From a virus (Duplodnaviria; Heunggongvirae; Uroviricota; Caudoviricetes), in IMG/VR virus record IMGVR_UViG_3300045988_004957: a DNA stretch of 44,150 nt, one strand, 5' to 3'. The notes under the pieces were generated by a model that was not told where the DNA came from, did not search any database, and saw only the letters and a list, made by a program, of their open reading frames with translations. Of this stretch, positions 19,198-27,631 are shown piece after piece; the stretch's first letter is position 1; each line of letters opens with the position of its first letter. The position numbers were made by a program, and so were the translations under genes.

Positions 19198-19553
19198 TTT
19201 CTCACCTGAATAAAGTAGGCCACAACATCATCGTTAACCACCTTCTTCTCAATGGCTACGACGGACCATTGCTCGCCGCCGAATTGCACTTTGTCTTCCA
19301 TCTTAGGAACGACGCTGTAATCGGCTTTAACAATCATGTCACCAGCCTGAATCGTCGTACCGTTCACCAGACCCGCATTAACAGGAACCGGAACGGCCTT
19401 CAACGGCAACACTTCGTCCGCAGACCAGACGTACTCACCGAGAACTTCATCCCACACTTTCGAGCCAGCGCGAATCAGAGATACCGTGCTACCGAATTTG
19501 GTTAACAGGCGTGTACCTACGCCTTGCATACGTTTACTGAAAGCTGTGCTCAT
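19194..19553 (-). CDS. putative head-tail joining protein
   Basis: Start moved to ATG 19553 (overlaps upstream stop as TGATG); ORF-track start 19607 would overlap previous gene. Confidence 0.4.
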   Translation of the reverse strand: MSTAFSKRMQGVGTRLLTKFGSTVSLIRAGSKVWDEVLGEYVWSADEVLPLKAVPVPVNAGLVNGTTIQAGDMIVKADYSVVPKMEDKVQFGGEQWSVVAIEKKVVNDDVVAYFIQVRK

Positions 19554-20167
19554 CAGGCGGCCTCCAGTCTCGAGATAACCAGTAGCGCGGATGGTGCTGT
19601 ACCCCATGCGGTTACGGTAGCCGCTTGCGGGTATACGCCGCCGAAGTTGCTTCCGGCGCTATCCCGCATAATCTGAACGGCAAACGTCTGGCCTGCTGTT
19701 GGGTTAATAACAACGCGAGATTCAATCGGGATTGTGGTGTCCGCGCTTACCAGTTTCGTGGCGGCTGGCGAGCCGTACTGAGCGCCGTTTACTAAAATAC
19801 GTGATAGCAGGATTGACGTTCCGCTGGCCCCGGTGCGTCCCGCTTGTAACTTGATGCGAACGGCGTAGTTACCTGCGGTGTTGAACGTAACCAGCCCCGC
19901 AGCATTAATCATTACCGGGTCTGACGCGCTACCCTGCGCGGAGCCGAAAGTTAACTGCAACGCCGTATCTACTGCGGTAGGCGCTTGCGCTACTGTCGAC
20001 GCAGCGCGGAGAACTTCAACCTCTTTAACACCCGGAGTGGCGTAAATAGGTGAGTCAGCCATCTGGGTTAATACCCCGCGCAACTTCGCAGGCGTAATAA
20101 GTCCGGTCGTGTTGTCCGGTAGCTCGGAACCGATTAGCGTGAATATCTCTGATTTAGTCTTCGCCAT
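19553..20167 (-). CDS. virion structural protein (hypothetical)
   Basis: 204 aa ORF in head-tail connector region. Confidence 0.4.
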   Translation of the reverse strand: MAKTKSEIFTLIGSELPDNTTGLITPAKLRGVLTQMADSPIYATPGVKEVEVLRAASTVAQAPTAVDTALQLTFGSAQGSASDPVMINAAGLVTFNTAGNYAVRIKLQAGRTGASGTSILLSRILVNGAQYGSPAATKLVSADTTIPIESRVVINPTAGQTFAVQIMRDSAGSNFGGVYPQAATVTAWGTAPSALLVISRLEAA

Positions 20168-20169
20168 TT

Positions 20170-20682
20170 TTAACCCCGGTACACGTTAAACGAGAAACCA
20201 TTGTTAAGACCGCCACACAATAACGGGCGTAAAGCGTCGTCAGCAGCGGTAATCGCGGTCGTAGCGCCACTGTTGCCATTGTTGAAGTAGGTCACTGTTA
20301 CCGCACCCTCGACACGCTCAGTCTGCACGGAACGCCCATCAGAGTTAGCCCGAACATCAGTTCCTGCGCCATATGTAACAGCGGCGATTACCTGCGCCCG
20401 GATTAACTGCGACGGAATATCATTATCCGCTACAGTGAAGCCGTTCAGTGTTGTTCCCGTACGTGGGTACGCCAGAGACTGTTCGGCGGATACCCGGCGA
20501 CCGCACATCTGCGGTTCCGCAAGCCCGACATAAGTGGCGCCGTTACGCAAGGCCACCTCCGCGGCGGTATCGTCTTCCGGTAGCTCAAGGCCATAATTAG
20601 CCGCTAACGCGCGGGCGTCAGCCAGACTAATGTAACTGTCGGCATTCGGGACGATTGCCCCAGTTTCCACGATTAGCGGCAT
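20170..20682 (-). CDS. head-tail connector / adaptor-like protein
   Basis: N-terminal YISLADARALAANYGL helix typical of gp6-type connectors; SD GAGGAA. Confidence 0.45.
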   Translation of the reverse strand: MPLIVETGAIVPNADSYISLADARALAANYGLELPEDDTAAEVALRNGATYVGLAEPQMCGRRVSAEQSLAYPRTGTTLNGFTVADNDIPSQLIRAQVIAAVTYGAGTDVRANSDGRSVQTERVEGAVTVTYFNNGNSGATTAITAADDALRPLLCGGLNNGFSFNVYRG

Positions 20683-20685
20683 AAA

Positions 20686-20866
20686 TTATTCCTCTGACTT
20701 ACGGCGGCGACGCTTAGTGCCACCGCCGTTGTTGTGCGCTTCTTCGTTGTCCGGTTGAACCGCTACCAGTTCATCCGCTTCTACAACACCGCGAACGGGC
20801 ATAACCTGACCGTCAACAACATCAACGTGGGTGTACTTTTCGCGGATTACATAATTATCTGCCATG
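20686..20866 (-). CDS. hypothetical protein (59 aa)
   Basis: ATG 20866 with SD AAGGAAAGG; basic C-terminus; below ORF-track cutoff. Confidence 0.35.
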
Positions 20867-20901
20867 ACCTTTCCTTATTACGGCCCCGAAGGGCCGCGGT
20901 A

Positions 20902-21252
20902 TTAAGATACAGTTGCTACGGTGCTGCTGGAGATAATATTACCATATACATCGTGGACAACCACTTTATACGTACCGGAATCGGTAGTAGCGAGCGAAGT
21001 TTTCTCGTAGGTGGCGGCGGTAGCGCCTGGGATAGCGTTGTTATCTTTGTACCACTGGTATGTGTACGGGGCCAGACCGCCAGTTACGGCTACGGTAAGA
21101 GTCATCGTCTGCCCCGTAGACTTGGTAGTGGTAGCGGCAAGTGCGGTAGAAAAAGATGCGGGCGAGATATTCGCCATATCGATTTCAACCTGACCATCGG
21201 CAGGAGAATCATCAGAAACACCAGTAATACGACGTTTGATTACATCAACCAT
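20902..21252 (-). CDS. Ig-like domain protein
   Basis: PYTYQWYKDN ... TDSGTYKVVV pattern of bacterial Ig-like domains; SD AAAGGAG. Confidence 0.5.
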   Translation of the reverse strand: MVDVIKRRITGVSDDSPADGQVEIDMANISPASFSTALAATTTKSTGQTMTLTVAVTGGLAPYTYQWYKDNNAIPGATAATYEKTSLATTDSGTYKVVVHDVYGNIISSSTVATVS

Positions 21253-21264
21253 TTTTAAGCTCCT

Positions 21265-21564
21265 TTAGCTTACAGTTCCTGCATTTTTAAGCGCAGTCAA
21301 CAGATTTGCTACGGTAGTGCGCAGCGCGGTTACATCAGTTCGAAGTTTGTTGTACTCGGCTACAAGGGCATCGAACTCGGTCTTAGTCGGGTCCGCAGCG
21401 GACTGCGACCCGGCAGCAGCGGTAATGGCCGCGGGGGCGGCTACAGTAGCTGACTTTTTAACCCCACCAACTACGCTGGTAGTAGCCGGCGTTACTGGGA
21501 TGTCAAAGTCGCCGAAGTCGACATTCTGAAGGCTGCGAGGCAAGCCTTTTCCGGTCTTAGCCAT
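21265..21564 (-). CDS. hypothetical virion protein
   Basis: 99 aa ORF downstream of major capsid terminator, SD AAGAGG. Confidence 0.45.
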   Translation of the reverse strand: MAKTGKGLPRSLQNVDFGDFDIPVTPATTSVVGGVKKSATVAAPAAITAAAGSQSAADPTKTEFDALVAEYNKLRTDVTALRTTVANLLTALKNAGTVS

Positions 21565-21586
21565 AATTTACCTCTTAGTAAATGAA

Positions 21587-21607
21587 AAGAGGGACCGAAG
21601 TCCCTCT
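21587..21607 (-). terminator. rho-independent terminator after major capsid gene
   Basis: Minus strand AGAGGGAC-TTCG-GTCCCTCT followed by TTTTCATTT, 17 nt after capsid stop. Confidence 0.6.
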
Positions 21608-21623
21608 CGATTATATCTTAACC

Positions 21624-22673
21624 TTAAGCCCCGACACCAGTTACCAGGAAGGCAATCGGTACATGCTTACGGTCAACCACACGGTTCCAGTTGGAAGCGT
21701 TCGCCAGGTCCTGCCAGGAAGCAGAGCGGGCGATAGTCTCGGTGCCGTTGCCGGTGATTACAGTGCTGGTGAAACTGTAACCAAACGGATGCAGCAACCA
21801 GGTCTTACGGGTCCACAGGGTTTCGACACCACCACCGTTACCGCGAGACGCTTCGCGCTCGTATTCCAGCGGGTTTGACGGAGAACCTTCGCCGTAACCG
21901 ATAGCACCGTTGCCGAAGATGATGGAGATGAACTTACGGCTGTTGCCAGTTCCGACTACGGTCATGCTGTCGTCAACAATCACACGATAGCCCTGGTAGG
22001 TGGCGAACATGGTGTTGTTGTCAGCGTCGCGAATGAAGTCGATAAGCTGCTGCTTACGCGCCTGCGCATAAACGAAGCTGTGCATCGCGATAGCGCCAAG
22101 CACTTCACCACCGTTACCCATCAGCGCATCGCCCATAGTCTGGGTAGCATCGATGAACGCGCCGGAGTCGAAGCCCAGAGTAGCGGACACGTCAATAACC
22201 ATGTCGTTCTGCTCGTGGTACGCATCGGTAGCCGCTACGTTATCATTGTACAGACCGAGCGCGGTAGCAATAAGACGGCGTTGTGCCTGACGCTGCCAGA
22301 AGTTATCCAGACGGGAAGCCACGGATTGCAGCGGATTCTGGCTGGTCAGTTCTACCGTCAGGTCAGCCTGACCAAAACCTTCGTTCAGGTAAGCTACGCG
22401 AACATCCATCTCACCGGTTTGCACGTTACGCGGGGTGGCGACGTCCTGATATACGTCGTTCGAGTAGTTCGGCTCGATAGAGGTATCAATAGCTTTCCAG
22501 TACGGCAGGACCGCTTTGTTGGACGGGCCGTTTGCGATAGCGGCGGCATACGGAGTCGAGGTAAGGATACCGGACTGGAAGAACGCGGTTTTCTCTACCG
22601 GGTCCTCTGTCATGTAGGACAGGATTACCGATTCTTTACCAGTTACGATGTCGCCGATAGTAGTAATTGCCAT
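21624..22673 (-). CDS. major capsid protein
   Basis: 349 aa ORF between scaffold-like gene and strong terminator; SD GAGGAA; TAATG coupling to scaffold. Confidence 0.7.
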   Translation of the reverse strand: MAITTIGDIVTGKESVILSYMTEDPVEKTAFFQSGILTSTPYAAAIANGPSNKAVLPYWKAIDTSIEPNYSNDVYQDVATPRNVQTGEMDVRVAYLNEGFGQADLTVELTSQNPLQSVASRLDNFWQRQAQRRLIATALGLYNDNVAATDAYHEQNDMVIDVSATLGFDSGAFIDATQTMGDALMGNGGEVLGAIAMHSFVYAQARKQQLIDFIRDADNNTMFATYQGYRVIVDDSMTVVGTGNSRKFISIIFGNGAIGYGEGSPSNPLEYEREASRGNGGGVETLWTRKTWLLHPFGYSFTSTVITGNGTETIARSASWQDLANASNWNRVVDRKHVPIAFLVTGVGA

Positions 22674-23387
22674 TATTTTTTCCTCAGGGCTTTAAGTTGC
22701 CGTTCAAATTCGGCAGGGTTCGATTCGTACAGAGCGATACGCTCCGCTTCACTCATGTCTTTAAACGCTGGTGCGGCCCCGCCGCCTTTGCTACCGGAAG
22801 CCCCGCCGCCGGAAGCTGCATTTGCTTTAATCAAATGTGAAAACGCTTTGTGTTCTCGCAAGTATTTGCGGAACTGTTCCGGGTCAGTCGTGATTACGTT
22901 GCCGTCTGCGCCAACAAACTTAGTAACCACGTCATCGCCTTCGAACTCAGTCTTAACGAACGGCGCAAGAATGTCCACTGCTTCTGGGGTAATAAAGTCA
23001 CCCGCGAAAGAGCCTAGCACCGCTTTACGTTCGCTGCCGAGGATACGCTCTGCCATTCTGGAGATGCGACCGTCTTTCTCGGCTAACACCGGGTCATACT
23101 GGCTACGAATCGTCTTTTCGAACTCATCCATCTTACCAGCGGCTTTTAACGCCTCCTGGTGCGCGCGCTGCCGTTCTTCTTCGGCCTCTTTTGCTTTGCG
23201 AGCGGCTTCTTTCTTCTCCGCGAGCAATGCTTCCTGATTAGCCTTAAGCCCGGCAACTTCTTTCTCAATCAGCGCCTGAACTTCTTCAGCGGTGAACATT
23301 TTCGGCGCGTCACCGCCACCAGCTTTATCTTCTGCCCCAGCTTCTTCCTGGAACGGATAACGTAAAAAACGATTCATAGTCAGTATG
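22673..23387 (-). CDS. scaffolding protein
   Basis: Charged Ala/Glu/Lys-rich coiled-coil directly upstream of capsid gene; start taken at ATG 23387 rather than upstream TTG 23431. Confidence 0.55.
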
Positions 23388-23459
23388 TCCCCTGGACGTT
23401 GGAATCCGGGCCTCCCGGATTTACATGTCAAGAATAAATTATTCCAACATACAAGGCAA

Positions 23460-23723
23460 CTATTCCAGAATATTCCTCACGTAATCCTGCAACATGAACA
23501 CTTTCAGCCGCAGCTGCCGTACGCATTCAGCGTTCTGAACGTCGATAGCTAAATCCTCGTCAGCGTCGCTACTTGGCGCTGCCAGTTTGCACGGAGGCTG
23601 CATCATCGTCGTATCCGGTAATGGAATTAGCGTTTGCGACGGCGTGGGACTTGAGCTGCACGCGCTCAGGGTCAAAAGTGCACACGCTGCGACCCGGCGT
23701 TTTAATGTATTTAACGACTTCAC
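23460..23723 (-). CDS. o-spanin (Rz1-like lipoprotein)
   Basis: Signal peptide with lipobox LSAC then Pro-rich mature part; begins inside i-spanin gene in another frame and extends past it. Confidence 0.7.
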   Translation of the reverse strand: MKSLNTLKRRVAACALLTLSACSSSPTPSQTLIPLPDTTMMQPPCKLAAPSSDADEDLAIDVQNAECVRQLRLKVFMLQDYVRNILE

Positions 23724-23955
23724 GGGTAATCACCTCTGATTTCGTCTTGCCTTCGTTGTCGGCGGCGGCGGCCTTTGATTCGTCCTGCTGCTGCCGTTGT
23801 GTTTTCTTCGCTAACTCAGCCTGCGCTTTCTGCTGTTGCTGCGAAACGAGATTCGCCCGGCCTTCGCTCCAGCCGCTGCGATACTGGTAAATGCCGTGGG
23901 CGTAAGCCAGGATGATGAAACATGCTCCCGCTACGACAGTTGCTTTAAGATTCAT
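23569..23955 (-). CDS. i-spanin (Rz-like)
   Basis: N-terminal TM helix followed by charged Gln/Ala/Lys-rich periplasmic domain; overlaps o-spanin. Confidence 0.7.
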   Translation of the reverse strand: MNLKATVVAGACFIILAYAHGIYQYRSGWSEGRANLVSQQQQKAQAELAKKTQRQQQDESKAAAADNEGKTKSEVITREVVKYIKTPGRSVCTFDPERVQLKSHAVANANSITGYDDDAASVQTGSAK

Positions 23956-23979
23956 GTTTCCCCTTTCTCGATAAGTAAA

Positions 23980-23999
23980 GCCCTGCCTTAAAGCAGGGC
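23980..23999 (-). terminator. GC hairpin with T-rich tail on minus strand
   Basis: GCCCTGC-6 nt-GCAGGGC, followed on minus strand by TTTACTTAT. Confidence 0.45.
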
Positions 24000-24065
24000 G
24001 CTAGTCCTTATCATTTAAACATAGAAACGGCGTAATCTAAGTAAACCTGTTACTTTTTACACAAG

Positions 24066-24208
24066 CAATAGAGTATGGCCCTTCCGAACGCGTCAGCGTA
24101 ACTACACTCAGGACTTACGTCCCGCTCCGTTACCTGCCCGCGCCGCGGTCGCTTGTTCATACTTCACAAGCTCAGGTGGAGCTTATCATATTTTTAGTGA
24201 AAAGTCAA
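24066..24208. repeat. dispersed ~145-bp non-coding repeat, copy A
   Basis: Aligns with 36397..36539 over about 143 bp incl. identical 43-bp block 24143..24185. Confidence 0.9.
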
Positions 24209-24274
24209 CTATTCGAATAGTTTATTCCAACATTTACAATTCGGTGGAATAACTGGAATACGTAAATAAATAGT

Positions 24275-24303
24275 TTGCACACCCCAATATAATAGGGTAC
24301 TAT
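24275..24303 (+). promoter_or_regulatory. sigma70-like promoter with embedded dyad (site 2)
   Basis: TTGCAC-17 bp-TACTAT, near-identical to site 1; dyad at 24291..24304. Confidence 0.55.
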
Positions 24304-24330
24304 TCAGTTAACTTAAACAGGAGGTGAAAA

Positions 24331-24534
24331 ATGTATGCAATTTGCGAAGTAGTTCAAGAGTTCGATGAAGAGTTCGACGGTGACTTGTGCCGTGTTAAAA
24401 AGGTTCTGCAGGTTTTCCCTGACGCAATGTCTGCTTACAGGGCATTAGATATATTTGAACCTGGAAGATACGGGGATTATGACACTGTTCTGAGGGTTGT
24501 CCATGAGCAGGATTTAAACACAAGATTCCGTTGA
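24331..24534 (+). CDS. hypothetical protein (moron-like, 67 aa)
   Basis: Lone plus-strand ORF with SD AGGAGGTGA, own promoter and terminator inside minus-strand structural module. Confidence 0.55.
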   Translation: MYAICEVVQEFDEEFDGDLCRVKKVLQVFPDAMSAYRALDIFEPGRYGDYDTVLRVVHEQDLNTRFR

Positions 24535-24539
24535 AAACT

Positions 24540-24562
24540 AAGGCCCCTTAATGGGGCCTTTT
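24540..24562. terminator. bidirectional rho-independent terminator
   Basis: AGGCCCC-TTAAT-GGGGCCT followed by TTTTAT; between convergent genes. Confidence 0.65.
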
Positions 24563-24563
24563 A

Positions 24564-25025
24564 TCATTCTGGTTTAGCGACCTTCGCCGCTTTACTGACG
24601 GCCTCTACGCCACCGGCATCGGTAACTTTAACGAAGTATTCACCAACTGCATTAACCGTCAGAGACAAGGCCTCTTCCGGGGCGTTTACCACTTCCTTAC
24701 CGTCTTTGTACCAGGTCAGAGCATACGGTGCTTTACCCGCCTTAACTTCGACAGTGATAGTTGCGCTGCCATCTGTAAGTTCAGTGTCTTTCGGTTGCAC
24801 AGAGAAGTACACGTCACCAGCGTCCGCCAGATACGGAATCTCGTAAAGCATGCCAGCAGCGGGTAACGCAATACCGGTTTTATCTGCAAACGGCATATCG
24901 TCCACTGGCGCACCCAGTACACTTTCGTCTTCAATAAATACCACGTTCTCGCCAGAGCCAGACACGCGGGCGTACTGGACTACGCGACGAGACGGTACGT
25001 CAGTTACTTTGAAAAAGCCCATCAT
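24564..25025 (-). CDS. Ig-like domain virion protein
   Basis: APYALTWYKDGKEV ... VGEYFVKV Ig-like pattern; between head morphogenesis gene and spanins. Confidence 0.5.
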   Translation of the reverse strand: MMGFFKVTDVPSRRVVQYARVSGSGENVVFIEDESVLGAPVDDMPFADKTGIALPAAGMLYEIPYLADAGDVYFSVQPKDTELTDGSATITVEVKAGKAPYALTWYKDGKEVVNAPEEALSLTVNAVGEYFVKVTDAGGVEAVSKAAKVAKPE

Positions 25026-26101
25026 TATTCCCCTTTCAGATAATCAGCAACACGTTTATCGAGTTCCGCCATCTGCTTAAGCGTGAGCGGATTCCCGAAA
25101 CCATCTACAGATATTACGCGAAACTCTTCCGGCGATATACCGCTGTTACGGAAAATCTTACCTCGCACCGGGCCGAGCGCCTGGTCCTGAAACCACGCCG
25201 GTTGTTGTTTAAGGAACTCGTAGTAAGTGGTGTCTGCGCTTACCTGAGTGCCACCTTCCGCGCCTTTAGCCGCGCGTTTTGCGCCTTTATCGAGGAAGTC
25301 GAACTCGGAACTGATTACCGGAGCCGTGCACGACCGGCAGTTCGGATGGGCTGGGGGCATCGGCCCCTTACCAATTTCCCACGTCATCCCGTCTCTGACC
25401 CTGCAAATCGTACTGGTGCGGCTGTCAAGCGTTGACACCCACTCGTACTTCTCGATGATGTCGTCGTTCTGGCGGTACGTCTCGTTACGGGCCTCGTTGG
25501 ATACGTGGGACAGCGCGGTGCGGATTACCGTAGTCGCGTTACGTTCTGAGATGTCGGCTAGTCCACCAGCGCCAACAACATTCTTAACAATCTGCCGTGT
25601 GGTTTGACCTTGCACAAAGCCCATCTTAACTCCAGTTACAAGACGTGCTACTTCCGTTTCGCCCCATCCAGACATCAGCTTGGTGAAATCAACGGGCTTG
25701 TCGCTCAATGATAATGGTTGAAACTCGGCAGCGGACCATACCTGCTCAGCGGTAGGCGTAACAAATTCCGCGTCTACGTTGGCGGTCAGTGTCTTTACGT
25801 TCCACTCAGCCTCGTACGCCGCCAGTTCCTTAAGGTCGTCTGTTAGCTTTGTTTGCCAGTCACCCGTAATACCGGTTAGTGCTTCTTCCAGGTCGCGTAA
25901 CAGTTTATTCAGTCGCGCAGTGCTGCGACCGTCGTCACCGAATAACAGCACCTGCCGTTTGATTTCATCCCTTATCTCCTGAATGAACGGCGTGAGGTCT
26001 TTCACCTCACCGGATGCGGTGCGTTGCAGCCATATCTGATGGCTGATTAGGGATGTAAGTAAGCTCATAGATAAACCCTGTGGCGCTAAAGTTAATAGCA
26101 T
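25025..26101 (-). CDS. head morphogenesis protein (minor head)
   Basis: 358 aa ORF immediately downstream of portal, as for Mu F / SPP1 gp7-type proteins. Confidence 0.55.
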   Translation of the reverse strand: MLLTLAPQGLSMSLLTSLISHQIWLQRTASGEVKDLTPFIQEIRDEIKRQVLLFGDDGRSTARLNKLLRDLEEALTGITGDWQTKLTDDLKELAAYEAEWNVKTLTANVDAEFVTPTAEQVWSAAEFQPLSLSDKPVDFTKLMSGWGETEVARLVTGVKMGFVQGQTTRQIVKNVVGAGGLADISERNATTVIRTALSHVSNEARNETYRQNDDIIEKYEWVSTLDSRTSTICRVRDGMTWEIGKGPMPPAHPNCRSCTAPVISSEFDFLDKGAKRAAKGAEGGTQVSADTTYYEFLKQQPAWFQDQALGPVRGKIFRNSGISPEEFRVISVDGFGNPLTLKQMAELDKRVADYLKGE

Positions 26102-26110
26102 ACTATAAGA

Positions 26111-26126
26111 AAGCCCCTTTCGGGGC
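26111..26126 (-). terminator. hairpin / attenuator after portal gene
   Basis: AGCCCC-GAAA-GGGGCT on minus strand followed by TTCTTAT. Confidence 0.4.
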
Positions 26127-26137
26127 TATAGGTGAAC

Positions 26138-27619
26138 TTACTGCTGAGTGGTGTCCTGTTGCTGCGCCGACTGCGGAATCTCTCCCGCTACCTGAGCAAC
26201 AGAACCCAACGGCAGAGGTGCGTCTTCAATAGCGTTCTGAATGTCCTCATCTGTCCAGTCAGTCACACCTGCCTTGCGCAACGCAGCATAGTAAGCGGTG
26301 GCGGGTAGCAGGCCAGCGTTAATATCCGCCATCCACTGAGCGCGGTCCTGAGCTGTCATAGGTTGCAGGAAGAATTCCATATTCAGCTTGAACTCAATCT
26401 CAGTATCTTCACTAAGCCCAAGCATACCCGCAACCCAGCGCAACGCATCGGTATACGCCATGCTTACATTACGTGCTATTGTTGCCATGACTGACGTGTC
26501 GGCGCCGCGTTGCAGGCGGGCCGATTCCGCGGTGATTTGCTGCGTCGGGGTGATAAGCTGCGCGCCAATCTGGATGGCCTGATTCTCTTTATCCAGCATA
26601 TTCTGTTTGGCGAGGTTAGTTTCCGCCGCCTGAACCAGAAACGCATTTCCGCCGGAGCCGATGTTGTGGCCTGAACGCGACCCCATGCGTATGCCGTGTG
26701 GGTTGGCTTCTTTCCACTGCTCCATGCTCATGTTCTCGCCGGGGGCAATGAACAGTGTCGGTTGACCTACTATAAAGCTGGCCTCTTCCACATCGGCCGA
26801 ATTTCTGAAGTGTCCTATATTTAGCTCAGCTAACGGCAGTAAAGGCGCATCGTCTATAGTGGCGTCGTTGTTGCTTGCGCCAATGAACGTGAACGGGATT
26901 TTACCGCGCAACTGTTCGCCGAGTTCCGGGAAGATTTCGATTACTTCATCCTGTGCGCCACCTTCGGCATCGAAGCGGTAGATGCGCTGGCGGTAGCGAC
27001 CGTCAATCAGGTCAAGGACGCGGTATTGCTCGCCGAATTTTGTTTCAAACTCAGCGCCTGGTTCCGAGTATTCCCATGCCTCACGCAATACAACCATCGT
27101 CACGCGGTTCACTGAACCGATGCGGGTGAGTCTCCAGTTGATAATGTTCTCCGCGGTATAGAATGCGATTACCGGGTTTAATAATCCCGCGTTCTGCTCT
27201 GCCGCCGTTGCTGCGGCTGTTTCCGGGGCGTCCACCAGCAACCCGCCACGGCCTATCGAGTTAATCTCCATCAGCGTATCCTGCGCGTGCTGCCACAGCC
27301 CGACACCTGAACCGTCAGCGTTGTGCAACAGGTACTCAAGTTCAGGCGGGATAATCTGCTCAGGGTCTTTGCGCATCACTGACCCCGTCATCCCCGCCAG
27401 CGTGCGTTTGGTGAAATTGTAGCAGATAGCGCCGTTCTCGTATTCTTCCTGTCGCTGTGCTGCGTAGGTCTGGTCAGGCTCGTTCTTCCCGACGTTGCGC
27501 AGATAGCGGATAAGGTCGCCTTCAAGAGCGTGGCGTACCTTCTGCCATTTATCGAAGTGATGCAGCCATTCCCGGTGTTTTGTCTTAACACCCTGATTCT
27601 GACCGTTCATAGTTAACAT
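26138..27619 (-). CDS. portal protein
   Basis: 493 aa acidic ORF between terminase large subunit and head morphogenesis gene. Confidence 0.65.
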   Translation of the reverse strand: MLTMNGQNQGVKTKHREWLHHFDKWQKVRHALEGDLIRYLRNVGKNEPDQTYAAQRQEEYENGAICYNFTKRTLAGMTGSVMRKDPEQIIPPELEYLLHNADGSGVGLWQHAQDTLMEINSIGRGGLLVDAPETAAATAAEQNAGLLNPVIAFYTAENIINWRLTRIGSVNRVTMVVLREAWEYSEPGAEFETKFGEQYRVLDLIDGRYRQRIYRFDAEGGAQDEVIEIFPELGEQLRGKIPFTFIGASNNDATIDDAPLLPLAELNIGHFRNSADVEEASFIVGQPTLFIAPGENMSMEQWKEANPHGIRMGSRSGHNIGSGGNAFLVQAAETNLAKQNMLDKENQAIQIGAQLITPTQQITAESARLQRGADTSVMATIARNVSMAYTDALRWVAGMLGLSEDTEIEFKLNMEFFLQPMTAQDRAQWMADINAGLLPATAYYAALRKAGVTDWTDEDIQNAIEDAPLPLGSVAQVAGEIPQSAQQQDTTQQ

Positions 27620-27631
27620 TGAATAATCCTC

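Noticed and set aside
22080-23237. 385-aa plus-strand ORF
   Set aside because: Antisense to the well-supported major capsid and scaffold genes; Ser/Arg-rich low-complexity translation typical of the reverse strand of a GC-rich gene; no RBS
23402-23424. Hairpin AATCCGGG-AGGC-CCCGGATT as a terminator between spanin and scaffold genes
   Set aside because: No U-tract follows on the coding strand and it overlaps the scaffold upstream region; more likely an RNA structure or coincidence
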